From positions 65,410,001 to 65,474,000 of the forward strand of contig OZ024740.1 in assembly GCA_964016885.1 (NCBI GenBank): a DNA stretch of 64,000 bases, read 5' to 3'. Source of the DNA: Eledone cirrhosa (lineage: Eukaryota). A program made the position numbers and the translations under genes. This document shows positions 51,224 to 64,000 of the stretch, one piece after another (the first letter of the stretch is position 1; each line of letters opens with the position of its first letter). The notes beneath the pieces are model-generated. The model was not told the DNA's origin and made no database searches. It saw nothing but the letters and a program-made list of their open reading frames with translations.

Positions 51224-51875
51224 ATTGGTTTTTGTGCCTTATAAGTAAACGTCTAATAAAATTACAATGTGTGAGAGAAAATCTAATCTTGGATTACATA
51301 TCACTTTATTTCAAATACAGCTGACCTGAGAGGGATGTAAATTGTAGCACGTTGGATTACATATTGTTTCTGTGTATTTTATGAATATATCTGTAGTATT
51401 CATATCAGGGATTACAATATAATCGAATAAACGAATTAAATACATTTCCATAAAGGATGTAAGCGGTTGTTCTGTATTAGGATAGATGAACGTTTATGAA
51501 GTTCGTTTCACAACTAAAGTGTTCAGAATTCGGATGAAATGTGAGGAATTTTGTTCCAGTTGTATTTTCCTGCTCTACCCCAGTTATGTAAGTAACATTA
51601 GATAGACATAAATGAATTACAGTACAGCAAGTTGCAAGTACAGCACTAATTTAAACTGTCAGCTTTGTCTACATTTTCTCTATGGATACATGTATCACTT
51701 AAATACCTACGTACTTATGACCATTTACAGATACGGTGGTTCTGTTAGAATACCTGGAACACTTAACGTCGACACAGGATGTGGTGTATTTTTTTTATAT
51801 TTTTACTGCTAATCCAATATCAATACAATCATTGTTAGTCGTAATGTTGCCAAGCGATTTATTGTAACTAAATTT

Positions 51876-52059
51876 AATTGTTTCTACTTTAGGCACAAGG
51901 CCAGCAATTACCCAGTGCGTTACTGGTACTTTATTTCATCGACCCCGTAAGGATGAAAGGCAAAGTCAACCTCGGCGGGATTTGAACTCAGATTGTAAAG
52001 GGACGTAACTATGCTGGAAAGCATGGCGTCCGACCCTCTACCGATACAGCCAATCCCGC
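51876..52059 (-). mobile_element. tRNA-type SINE, full length
   Basis: Minus strand has A-box-like TGGCTGTATCGG, B-box GAGTTCAAATCC and the conserved core. Confidence 0.85.
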
Positions 52060-52130
52060 TAAATTTCATGCATTCATATATTTGCAAAAATCTGTAACAC
52101 CTCATCTATTTCCATCGTTATGTATTCAAA

Positions 52131-52317
52131 TAATTGCTTCTACTTTTGGCACAAGGCCAGCAATTATCCAGTGCATTACAAGTACTTTATTTTATCGACC
52201 CCGTAAGCATGAAAGGCAAAGTTAACCTCGGCGGGATTTGAACTCAGACCGTAAAGGGGTGTAACTCTATGCTACAAAGCATGGCGTCCGACCCTCTACA
52301 GATACTGCCAATCCACC
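52131..52317 (-). mobile_element. tRNA-type SINE, full length, tandem neighbour of the previous copy
   Basis: Colinear with 51876-52059. Confidence 0.85.
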
Positions 52318-53354
52318 AATAATAATGAAGTCGTGAATTGGCGTCGGGGCGTTGATTGTTGTCCCAGCTCACTGGACTCTAATTTAAAATCCTACAGTTG
52401 TTATCTGTACCTTTTAGCATACGAAGCATATATATAAGCGGTCTCTCTCTGACAGGATTGCGGTCTAGCCCGTAGCAGTAGAGACGTCTGGTGTGCTGGG
52501 TCATAGGGCCATCTTCCTACTCACCACTATTGGCACAGAGTTGGCTATAAACCAAGCAAGCTTGAATGGGTCTTCTAGCGCGACTCCCTCACCATCCTAT
52601 GGGGAAACTCCCACTCTATTCTGTCACCCGGGACCGCAAGACGGCCACCCTGTGGACCCCCATTTGCTCATATTAGTGACAGTTGATTAGAGCGGGAGAG
52701 ACGTAGGCAGTGACAGTGGGAGTTTGGTTCCTTTGTGTTTGGACCTGGTGTATATGTCTATATTTATTTACCGCACTACACATACATTCATCAAGTATTA
52801 GCCTTTTATCGGGGTCGTTCTACTTCATGGATTTTATTATTTCTCTGTCTATCTAACTGTCAGTCTGGCATTGTTGTCAAACCTGGTGAAGGATGGCCAG
52901 CACCAGATTTAACATATCCCAGGCGGCCCACTTACGATTCCACAAGATGTAATGGTGTCAGTGATTCATAACTGGAAATTATGAAGTAGAGTTTGATATA
53001 CAGTCTACGCCTTCGTGCTCCCTGTTATTCGCGAAATCTTTCTAAGAACCTAACAGATGATTGTTCGTGGACACCACCGCAAAATCATGGAATCGTAAAT
53101 AACTTTCGCAATTTTTTAATGACATTTTTCTCGGCAATATATATATATTTTTACTGCTAAATTATTAATAACAACATACCGTATTTTCCGGTCTATTGGA
53201 CGCCCCTTTGCATCAGACGGTCTCACTTTTTTATTATATTTTACGGTATATTTTGACGTTTATAGGCATTTTTATAAACCACGTCCAATATTCGCGGTTT
53301 TTCACACTTCGCGTGTGCTCTAGGAACGTAAACATCGCGAATACCTGGGGACAA

Positions 53355-53419
<65 letters not shown>

Positions 53420-53423
<4 letters not shown>

Positions 53424-54470
53424 GAAGAGAGAAGAAACATTTAGATATAATTAGTAATAAAATGTATCATACCTAAACTGCTTCTAGATTCCTCGACTAC
53501 ATAGTTTCGTGGCATAAACAAAAACAATATATCATAAAGACATAGAGTCCTTGCGAGGTCTGCCGACTTATCCAGAGGATACCTCATTTTACTAGTCTCA
53601 AGAACGCGTCTACACGACGTGAGAAAGAATCCCAAAAGGCGGAGGGGGAGATAGTCACGCGATATAACGGTCGAGAAACAGAGCTAAGCCTCTTATAACC
53701 CCGAAGAAAATACCACGGAGGCGGAGGGGGTATTTATATCGAGGCCGTAGAAGAGGTGGTGAAGAAGGCGAGAAGTATGAGTAGTGGAAGCTTTCCAGCT
53801 GTCCCCACACTTCAAAGATTGCTCGACCAGAGGGAGTTATTAACAATATATTTAGAAACACACAGATACATGCGGACACACACATATATACATGAATGCA
53901 TCCGCACCCAACTGTGAGTTAAGGGTGCCAACTTCACCGATGTTGCTCAATGAATGACTGGGACAGACCAATCCAGTTGAACTAGACTGAACCAGTATCA
54001 GAGTTAAAAATACATTATGAAGAGAGAAGAAACATTTAGATATAATTAGTAATAAAATGTATCATACCTAAACTGCTTCTAGATTCCTCGACTACGTAGT
54101 TTCGTGGCATAAACAAAAACAATATATCATAAAGACATAGAGTCCTTGCGAGGTCTGCCGACTTATCAAGAGGATACCTCATTTTACTAGTCTCAAGAAC
54201 GCGTCTACACGACGTGAGAAAGAATCCCAAAAGGCGGAGGGGGAGATAGTCACGCGATATAACGGTCGAGAAACAGAGCTAAGCCTCTTATAACCCCGAA
54301 GAAAATACCACGGAGGCGGAGGGGGTATTTATATCGAGGCCGTAGAAGAGGTGGTGAAGGAGGCGAGAATTATGAGTAGTGGAAGCTTTCCAGCTGTCCC
54401 CACACTTCAAAGAGGGAGTTATTAACAATATATTTAGAAACACACAGATACATGCGGACACACACATATA
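53420..54470. repeat. Direct duplication of a ~460-bp unit (53420-53890 and 54015-54470) between (TA)n tracts
   Basis: Near-identical copies. The second lacks about 13 bp around TTGCTCGACCAGA. Spacer of about 125 bp. Confidence 0.92.
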
Positions 54471-57262
54471 TATATATATATATATAGTTTATTAATGTTT
54501 TTTTTAAGTAGAAATTTTCAAATTTTACATTCATTTGATTTTTCAGAATTAGTGCAATTTTTGACATGAATTCCACGAAAGCTTAAAATGTCCAAGCAAG
54601 GGCCGAACAAATTTTATTTTGATCCAAAATAGAAAATTATATTTTTTAGGTCTAAATTCTAAAATGTATCACAGAGTCAAAGTAAAGTTAAACAAAAAAA
54701 TCTGTAAATATTTAAATATAAAATATTGATAATTGTTAATACTGCTTTCAAAGAAATATCTTAAGACAGAGAAAGAAAACAAAATAATAATAAAACAGCA
54801 ATGTAATTCGATTATCCATTTGTAGAAAAAAAACAGTTAAATAAAAATACAGACTTTACTTTTATGTTGTATTGTTACAATTAATACTTATATTAGGATT
54901 TTAAATAAAGAGTCATCTCTCCTGTAATACTGTAGCAACGGGTTAATCTTTTGGTTAATATTGTATCAGAAAATGTCTGAAACCAAGCAACTAAATATGC
55001 TTGCTTAAAATATATTGGACTCAGTTTAGCATTGATTGGTCATATACGCAAACTAGCAGTGAAACGTTCTTATCTAAGGGAATGCACTTATCATTTCCAT
55101 TAGCTTCAAGGTAAATTTATATGAGATAAGTATTTATGTTCATCTTCTACTTGAAATATTAAGTGGAAGGATGTTTAACCTTCGATATATCTTCAGAAAC
55201 ATACGCTGAAATACAGCAATTCAGACAATTTAATTCCTTTGCTACATAGCTTTAAAGCACATTATATTAGTTAATACTGGCATCAAAAATATAAATACAG
55301 AAATAGCGACATATATGTAATAATACTTAGTGTGCATGTTCCTCTTACTTTAAGCTTATAAATGAATACAAATAGACTACATATAAGTAGCAGAATATAA
55401 TGTCGAACTGGAAATCTTAGTAAAGCGTCGGTCGCATATTATGCTGTGGCATTCGTTCAGGGGCTTCTTACTCTGAGGTCAAATTAGCTTTTCATGCTGT
55501 CAACCTTATGGGGTCAATAGATTATGCATCAGTAAATTCTATGACTGCGCTCAATTTCTTTGAACCCCCCCTCTCTCTAGTAGTTCTATCACGTAAATTA
55601 TCTGACATGATAATGGAAGCCTCCAAAAATGTGAGGAAAACAAAGAAAAAAAAAACACATACTGATAACATGGAGAGAATAATCATTTGCAGTACTAATA
55701 AATCGTTTTTCGGTATCCACTAATATTTAGTGCTAAATAATATCAAAAGGATATTGCACCAGAATACAACATTAATATATATCTTCGACTATAGTAGTAG
55801 GCAACTGTGTTAAGAATTATCACTAATCTATATTTTTGTTAGAGTATCTTCTACATATTTCCATTTACATGTGAGAGCAATCGTATCTAAAATATAGAAT
55901 GCCATATATTTGTCGTTACGCTAAAAATCTAAATGTTACATATTAAATAGACAAATCTAATAAATAGCCACGTTTCAGCGAGATTAATAATATTTTCTGG
56001 CATTGTCCTACAGACAAACATTATATTGTGGATTGTTATTTGAAGTTATTAACCACGTGTTTTTTTTTTCATTTTATCGACCCTGAATGACACTGTGAAC
56101 TTTTGAGCCCATATAATTATTAATAAATATACACGTTTGCCATTATTTTCGTGGCTTATGTGATTCGCATGAAAGGTTTGCTAATGTTTTCAAGTTCCAT
56201 AAGCGAGATGAAGTTTACTTTTCTCATTGAGAGTTGTCCCATACTTTGAAGAAAAGCGTGTGTACCAATAGAAATGAACAATTATTAGCGGATTCATCTC
56301 AGATTCTAAATTTAAAATCAATACAACATTTTCGTTCCAATTTCTGCTTTTAAAAAATTTGGTTTTGATACATCATGTTTTTTTTTGTCCTTAAAAGAAA
56401 CAAACCTGACACATTTATGATTTTATTGATATCTAAGAGTCTCGTTAGTCTCTTTACCTTCGTTGAAGTATACTTTGCAGTTTATTGTGCACGATGATCT
56501 TTGCATGTAACCATATGATGCGAACCTTCACAAAAATCAATGAGATGGCGGCAAGTTGGATGTTTGCCATTCTACAAAGAGCAGCAATCGCTTACTTTCA
56601 TGTTTAATCTTCCGTTAATAATGTTGTAGACATTGTTCTAGAAAATAATGTGAATGTTCATTCCTCTAAAAGTGTTGGGTATAGATATATCCGAGCATAA
56701 ATTTCATGTAATTAAATGACAGCAACAACTATATATATTAACACGAGCTAATTAAGAAACAGTAATAGTCTTGTTGAATCTAATGAAAAGAGCAGATGTT
56801 TGAAATACTTGAAATGAGGCATTTAATATTCTACTGCTACATATGGACATAGAACACATTTAACCAACCAATTAAGGAATCAGACTGCGGGAAAATATGA
56901 ATGTTCTGTTGCAGAATATCTGTATGAAGTAAAACGTAAAGAAAATTATGCTGACAAATACGAGATGCCTAGGCTTACGGCGGTATACAACTAAAACATA
57001 TATATAAGTAAAACACTGCTACTTCACCCACTTATTCCTGGGGAAGGGTCAGCGGGTCCTGTCAGAAGCAGGCGTCTCCAATTACTCCGGCTGGATCTCC
57101 AAGCGAGACCAATCTATAGGGGATCTTATGATAGGTAGCCGTTGTGCTTCCATCCACGCCCTCTAGGAAAGTCTGAACGCATCATTTGTTATCCCATGAA
57201 GATGGTGTGGTATAGATATGTATAGATAAAAAAAGGAACATAAAGAGAATTTCAAGATATGG

Positions 57263-57471
<209 letters not shown>

Positions 57472-57489
57472 GAGAGAGTGAGAAAGCGA

Positions 57490-57690
57490 GAAAGAATCAA
57501 CCTACACAGAAAGACCTCATGTGGTTCGTGCCAACATTCTTACCATTAGCACATAATATGAAGAACCATATAGATAGAAAATACGTAGGACTCCAAGAAC
57601 TTCACTTCCCTTCAGGCCATAAATACCGACAAATATCCAATCGCCATACAATGAAAGTAAACTACTCTTGCACCATTAACGCAAAATTCT
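57490..57690 (+). pseudogene. Short decayed Penelope linker fragment
   Basis: MWFVPTF..MKNHI..FPSGHKYRQISNRHTMKVNYSCT resembles IWFAPPF..IKTHI..FPRTHRYHSIFNRHTIKLTYSST. Starts after (TA)n(GA)n. Confidence 0.7.
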
Positions 57691-58219
57691 ATAACACATG
57701 TAAAGGTAAAAGCTTTCCGAATTAGGGAAGTATACTAGAAAAATGCACTCCCTATGTGAATGGGACAAACCTTTGGCAGCTGTATAACTCGGAAAATTAG
57801 ATTATATTCTCGCAATTGGCATCAAGAAAAACTGCTTCAATACACATCACGACTGCTTAAATATACATCACGACTGCTGTAATCGCTGTCCACACAAAGC
57901 AAAATTCATTCTGCGAAATGGTAGATACCGCGTTAACTGAATATTTTTTCTTTGAGGTTCTGAATTTGCACAATACAAGTTGCCACGCTTTGTGCGATTT
58001 TTTTAATTTTTTATAGAAACCACTGTTTACATTATTTAAAGGATATGTATATGTATAACTAAATTCGAGATCACCTGCCCTTTGAAAGCTCTCCTGTTTT
58101 TAGTAAAGACTTAAAAACAATCTACTGTGGAGGTAGTCATCTTCGTTTATATATCTGGCTGGATGAGTTGGCTTGTATAATCCAACGATACGTAAGTACC
58201 TGTATTTGTCACAGGTGTA

Positions 58220-58281
<62 letters not shown>

Positions 58282-58283
<2 letters not shown>

Positions 58284-61200
58284 ATAATAATAATAATAAT
58301 AATGATTTCTTTATTAACCACAAGGGTTTACATAAAGTAGACATTAAGGACAGTGCAGGACAATACAGGTCGGTACAAATGGGCATTTCTGCATGTAAAA
58401 AACAAGAACAGAGGATGTAACAAAAATAACAATGAAAAATTCCCCAATAGGGGGAAACTTCGGAGGGACATTTGTGGAGAAAGCCCAGTAAAAGGCCACA
58501 GTGACCCTGACCACCAAGGCAAGTGCCCTCTCCCAGTTTTCCACCTTTAATTTACAGATATATACTCAGAGTAGGCCCATTCACTCGGGCCATTCTTGCT
58601 TTTCTCACCCATCTTTCAACAAAATGCTGGGAAGAGAGGATTTTCCTCTCTACTCTGATTTTCCTTTTCAAATGAAATTTGAAAAAGTCAATCAGAGCAT
58701 CACCGAAGAGGTAAGTGCTCGTCTTCAACCCTTTCAAACGTGTCCACCATACTATCTCGTTCGCCATGGCCACCAAACAGATAAAAACTGCCTGCCCTTC
58801 CCGGCTAAAGGAGGAAGGCGGGGCAATCCTCACGATGGACTCAGATGATAGCCGGGTCCGTCCTACACGCGACAGCAGGTGTTCGACATAAACCCACAAG
58901 TCAGCAATTTTCGGACACTGGACGGTTTCGTCGCCCTACGCGCATCTCCGACACCCGGTTGACAGCACCTCCATGCCTGTAGAGTTAATCCCGAACTGGC
59001 AAGGCTCCTCGATAGCACTGCCAGGCCAGAGATTTCTGGAAGTTGTCCATAGGCCCTGGCCCGAAAGTTCTTCCGAAGAGATTGGCTAGTTGATTTTCGT
59101 CGACGCCTAGAGTTTCCCCAAGTACGTCGTCGCTCTTCCCCTCCACTAATCCCCTATAGAACGCCGAGGTGGAGTTTCCACCGATCACATTGCCCGATTG
59201 GTCGAGGGCTGTGAGCGCCTGAAGACATTCCAGTCTCCAGGCGCTCCATCTCGGTCTTCGCTTGACCCAAGACTGCAGCTCCGTCAAGGAAACGAGCTGG
59301 GGAAATACGTGTCTAGTAAACGGCAACCACACCTGATCACCGTCGAGGAAGAGGTGTAGATGTCGTAGCCTGAGCGCGTGCCTGCGCATCATCAGCCACG
59401 GCATGCCCAGCCCTCCACGTAGCGGGTGTTGACAACAGATGGACCGCCTGACCATCGGAGCGCGTCCTTTCCACAAAAAGCGAAAGAGCAAACGCTCCAG
59501 CGCAGTCTGGCGAGGCTTAGGACAAGGTACGACGGTGAGGCGGTAGCAGATGACAGACGCGATGTACGCGTTAGCCACCTCCGCTCGACCTTTCAGGGAT
59601 AGCTTCCTCTCCGCCCATTTCTGGGTGAGAGAAGCCACCCTGCTCGTCACCTCGTCCCAGTCTTTGTCCGTCTGGAGGTCCGGACCGAACCAGAGCCCTA
59701 GCAATTTAACCGGTCCGTCTGTACAGGGTCCGACGACGCTGTTGGACGGCATGTACCTGCCTCTCCAGGTGCCGAGCTGCAGGCCCACTGACTTTTTCTG
59801 GTTGATCTTTGCTCCTGTCACCGCTTCGTATTCTCTTAGTGTAGTGCCGATCGCCTCGATGTGTTTGGCGTTCGACACCACTACGGTGACATCGTCCGCA
59901 TATACTGACACGGACCTTCCACATCCTAGTTCGCGCGGGACGCCCCTCAACGTCTCAAGTTTGTGCAGTAATGGCTCGAGAGTCAATACGTACAAGAGTG
60001 ACGAGAGGGGACATCCTTGGCGGACCGAGCGCATGATGTTGAACGGTTCCGACAGGTGACCGTTCACTCTCACCACAGAGCAGATGTCGCTCTGCATGGC
60101 AGCGATCCAGCTTCTGAAGACGGGCCCAAAGCCAGCCGCCCTCAGGACTGCCGCTAAGTAACGATGGTCGACCCTATCGAAAGCTTTCGACTGATCTAAA
60201 TTGATCAAAGACCCACCCGTGCTAGGTTCCCTAGCTACCCTCTCTACGATGTATCGCATGAGGTGGAGGTTGTCGTTGATGGATCTGTCGGGAATGGCGC
60301 ATGTCTGCGCCTCTCCCACCAGACCACCAACGACAAGCGCTAACTTCTTTGGTAGCACCTTGGCCAAAATCTTGAACTCTGTGTTTGGGCCGGAAATTAT
60401 CTATGTTATCCCCCTTGTTCGGATCCTTTCTCAGCAGTGCCACCGCTCCTCGGCTCACAGAACTGGGAATTCTCCCGTTCTGTTGCCAATTGTAGTAGAC
60501 GTACGCCAAGAGGCCTTCGAACAAGTCTGGCATCTGTACGTAAAGTTCATAGGGCAGACCATCCAAACCAGGCGATTTACACCTTGTGCAGCCAGTCATT
60601 GCCTCCCTTACTTCAGCGGCTGTTATCGGCTTTTCGCAACACTCCGCCTCAGTGGCCGAGAGCTAGACACTAAAGTCCATCCCTCGACTCGGCCCACCGC
60701 TGCCCCCGAACAGCTGAACGAAATGTCGCTGAAAAGCTTAACATATTTGCCCGGGATCGAGTAGCATGCGCCCGTCGTGGTCCACCAAAGATCGGATCGT
60801 GGCTTTGTTGTCACGACGCGCCTCCGCCACTCGGGCCCATTGAACGGCTTTCGTCCCCTAGTGTCTGAGAGCACGCATCCTTGCTCTGACAACGCAGCCT
60901 TCGTGCTTTGCATTGAAGAATTGGTCAAGGGCCAATTTCGTCGCAAGTACGTCGGTCGCAATGCCTTAGCTAAGCGCCTCGTCTAATTTTCTAACTAGTT
61001 CTCCCTCTGCTCTATTTTTCTCTATTGCTAAAGCCTTACTAAACTTAATCGATTCTATTTTAATCGCTCTTTTTAGAGCAAACCACCACTTGTTGTTGAC
61101 GATGGCCCCCGTCAACGCCCGCATAACTAGTTCGCTAATCCGGTCTCTGTAGGCCTTGCGCGCTGGTAAGGACGCGTTTAGCTTCCACTAGCCGGGTTCT

Positions 61201-64000
61201 CGTCTATGAAGCCTATCTAAGTCAAGCACACAGATCACGAATTTGTGGTCCGTGTAGCTGACTATCTTGAATTGTGGACAGCCTATGCTAGACCTATCTA
61301 TTTCCCTACAAAATACTCTATCTAGATATGATCTGGATGACCCTATGCGATTTGTCCAATGGTACATCCGGAAAATCCATTCGGTACCTGTCAGACAGTT
61401 CAAAACGCCTGAGCAGGTTAGTGAGACTCTTGCAGCCCCCTCCCCTATCCGCTAATCCCACACAGTCCCAGCGTGCATCTAAGTTCCCGTTCCAGTCGCC
61501 CACTAACACTAAAGAGAGGAACGTTCCAAGAAAGGTCTCCAGACGCCGGAAGAAATCAGGCCGCCCTGCTCCTGTCGGGGCATAGACGGCCACTAGCCTG
61601 AAAGCTTTCCCGTCTCCGCTGGTCACGTCCAGCACCACCAACTTACCCTCTGGGTCAAGGAAGATGGCCCGTATGGCGAGATCCAACCCTCTCCGAAAAA
61701 GCACAGCAACTCCTCCCCCCCCCCGATCCAGGACGGCTGGGCAATGCGTACACATCGTAGCCGCCGAAGATCGGTGCGAAGGCCCGTGCTTCGGAGATTC
61801 TGGTCTCGCTGTTGGCCACTACATCTATGTTTAGTGACCTGAGGTCGTTGAGCAGGTGACCCTGCTTCCATGACGACCCCAAGCCACGCGCATTTATGCT
61901 GCCTATTCTGAGTGAGGTCATGTTTAAAATAGAGTGGAAAAGATGGGAAAGACCACTTCCCGTACTTTTCGTAGAGGAGGGATGGTTTGTCCATCCCTTT
62001 TCACTTGATCGTCTGGTGAAGGGACCGTTGAATCGTCCCTTCGGCTGGTTGTCGGCTCTTCTATGAGTATGTCCGAATATTCTCTTCGGTTGATAGTTCC
62101 TCCTAGGTCTCTGAAATCACAAACTGCGTTGGGGAATTTCGTTTTAATGTTTGTGTATTGTTTCTGTGCTATTTTTAGCAGTCTTATGTCAGTTGGCGTT
62201 TTGATTGGTGCTGGTATAATGTAATCGTGTTGTGAAATGTCTGTGTGTTCAATTATGTAAGTCATTAGTTTCTTGTTGTGTGTATTTATTGCAGTGCATT
62301 TGTTTTTCTGGGGGTGGGGTGTGGTTCTTCTCGTTGCTTTGTGTGTGTGTTTTGTTGTTGTGTTTTCGATGTTGGTGCTTGTGGTGGTGGTGTTGAAGGT
62401 GTTGTTGGCGGTGGGATTGTCGCCGGTGGTGATGGTGGTGCTAGTGTGGGTGGTGATGGTTTTGGTGGTGTTGCTGCTGTGAGTCTCTTTGCAGTAAACT
62501 TTACCCTTTTTTCATTTCTTTCCTCCCTTTTCAAAGGCGACGATGCGGTGCTTCTGCGTTTGTGCCTTCTTACGACCTTTTGCCATCCTCTCCCACCTCA
62601 CACTCCATGTCTGATTCTGTGAAGTCGGGGAGGGGTACCAGCTCCACTCTTTCACTTGTTGTTGTTGGTGATGTTTGCACTGGAGTATCTGTTGCAGCTG
62701 CATTTGGTATTGCTGTTGTTGTTGTTAATACTTCCACTGCTGCTGCTGTTTTTGATTTCCGTGGCGTGGGTATGGGTGCCACGGACCTATCGTTCCTGGT
62801 TGCCGCTTGTCCTGTTGCTGGTAGCCGTGTAGCCGGTTTCGGAAGGAGGGGGGTTTCTCCTTTCTCGGGGTCTTCTCGTTGCAGAAGGCCCTGAGGTGAG
62901 TCTTCGATCCACAGCGAAAGCATTTCGGGCGTTTGCCCTCAACACTTATGGGCAGTTGAGTGCCGTTATCGAAGTCTATTACATCCGGGATAGCTTCGAT
63001 GCACTCCTCGTTGGTTTGGATTAACATCTCAATGGAGGTGCCGACCCAATCTTCTCTTATTTTTTTCTGTACTTGCAGTACAGTTGTTTTGTCCTCGATT
63101 CCGACGAGGACAGACGCGGCCAGCCAAGAAGGGGCCATCCCGGGGGGGGACGTGGGTCAGTTTGACCCTCACAATTTTTTGCCCGCAGTAGGAGGGCACC
63201 AACACCATTTCCTCGCTCCTTAGGGTCACTACGGATTAAGCCTTTGCCTCCTGGGTGTGGCAAAAAGTACGTCTACGGTGGCATATTTCTTGCCTCGGGT
63301 GATGTGCGTTTTCGGCTGCCACACAGACCCCAAGGCTTTTTGTATGTGAGCCTCTGTGGCACATTCAACCCTACTGAATTTTGTACTTACTGTACGGTAC
63401 GTGACCGTACAGTGCTGTTGGGTTTCGAAAAAATTTTCCACTGCCTTGCAGATTGCTCGGTGTCCGGTTTTTGTCACCATCTTCTTCGCTTCCTCTAATT
63501 CCTCATTTGTTATGAGGATTGTTTCCAGGTTCTTCGCGATACCTGCAAACGAGATTGGTTTTTCTTTGCTGCTGCTGTTGTTGTTGTTGTCGTCAGAGCT
63601 GCTGTTACTTTTGTTGTTGCTGCAGGTACTACGACTACTGCCGCCGCCGCTGTTGCTGTGGTTGTTGTTGTTGTTGCTGTTGCTAATGCTGCTGTTGTTT
63701 ATGCTGCTGCTGATGCTGTTGCGGCTGCTACTGTTGTTTTCATTGTCACTGTTGCTGTTGTTATTACGGCTGCTACTGCTATTATTCCTGACGTCAGACG
63801 AATGAAATGGGTTTTCGTATTTCCCGCACACCTGTTTCGTCGTTGTTGTCGTTGTCGTGGAGAAATCTTGCACGCTTTGCACGAGGCTTTTCTTTTCTGT
63901 CGTCGCTTGCGAAAGAGAAGGGAGGGAGAGAGACAATCTTCTCTCTGCTGTAGTGACGATTGAGGAAGAAGAAGACGGAATGAGTGGGAGTGACCTGTGA
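58282..64000 (-). mobile_element. Tx1/L1-clade LINE, copy D, with divergent ORF1; tail (TTA)n running into (TAG)n
   Basis: ORF2 pieces from 61921 down to 58552 are nearly identical to copies A-C. ORF1 pieces from 63936 down to 61924 include CFRCGSKTHLRAFC. Tail 58282-58303, with (CTA)n at 58221-58283 on the + strand. Confidence 0.92.

Noticed and set aside
51960-52059. A-box and B-box suggesting a tRNA gene
   Set aside because: No cloverleaf, the box spacing is too long, and the sequence is the head of a multi-copy SINE.
54500-57200. AT-rich stretch, with a possible LINE 3' remnant near 57020-57200
   Set aside because: No second copy in the window and no clear protein motif. Too weak to annotate.

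Overview
Eukaryotic, AT- and microsatellite-rich DNA made almost entirely of retrotransposons and their debris. I could not support any host protein-coding gene. The recurring SINE resembles the abundant Octopus SINE, so a cephalopod source is likely (inference). Contents: (1) four copies of a Tx1/L1-clade LINE (zinc-knuckle ORF1; APE endonuclease-RT-zinc finger ORF2), each ending in a (TTA)n tail; (2) two families of R4/Dong-like LINEs (RT plus C-terminal restriction-like endonuclease), bounded by (TAA)n in their own orientation; (3) several Penelope-like elements (RT plus GIY-YIG) in inverted or palindromic arrangements next to (TA)n tracts, some with minimal hammerhead ribozyme motifs; (4) tRNA-type SINEs, foldback elements and perfect palindromes. 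The main system-level pattern is microsatellite partitioning. Tx1 and Dong elements share TTA/TAA tracts in strictly opposite orientation and leave new tracts behind, which builds nested chains. Hammerhead-bearing Penelope elements sit at (TA)n tracts. One Tx1 copy pairs a near-identical ORF2 with a strongly diverged ORF1. All coordinates were read by eye and may be off by a few bases, and identity statements are visual estimates.
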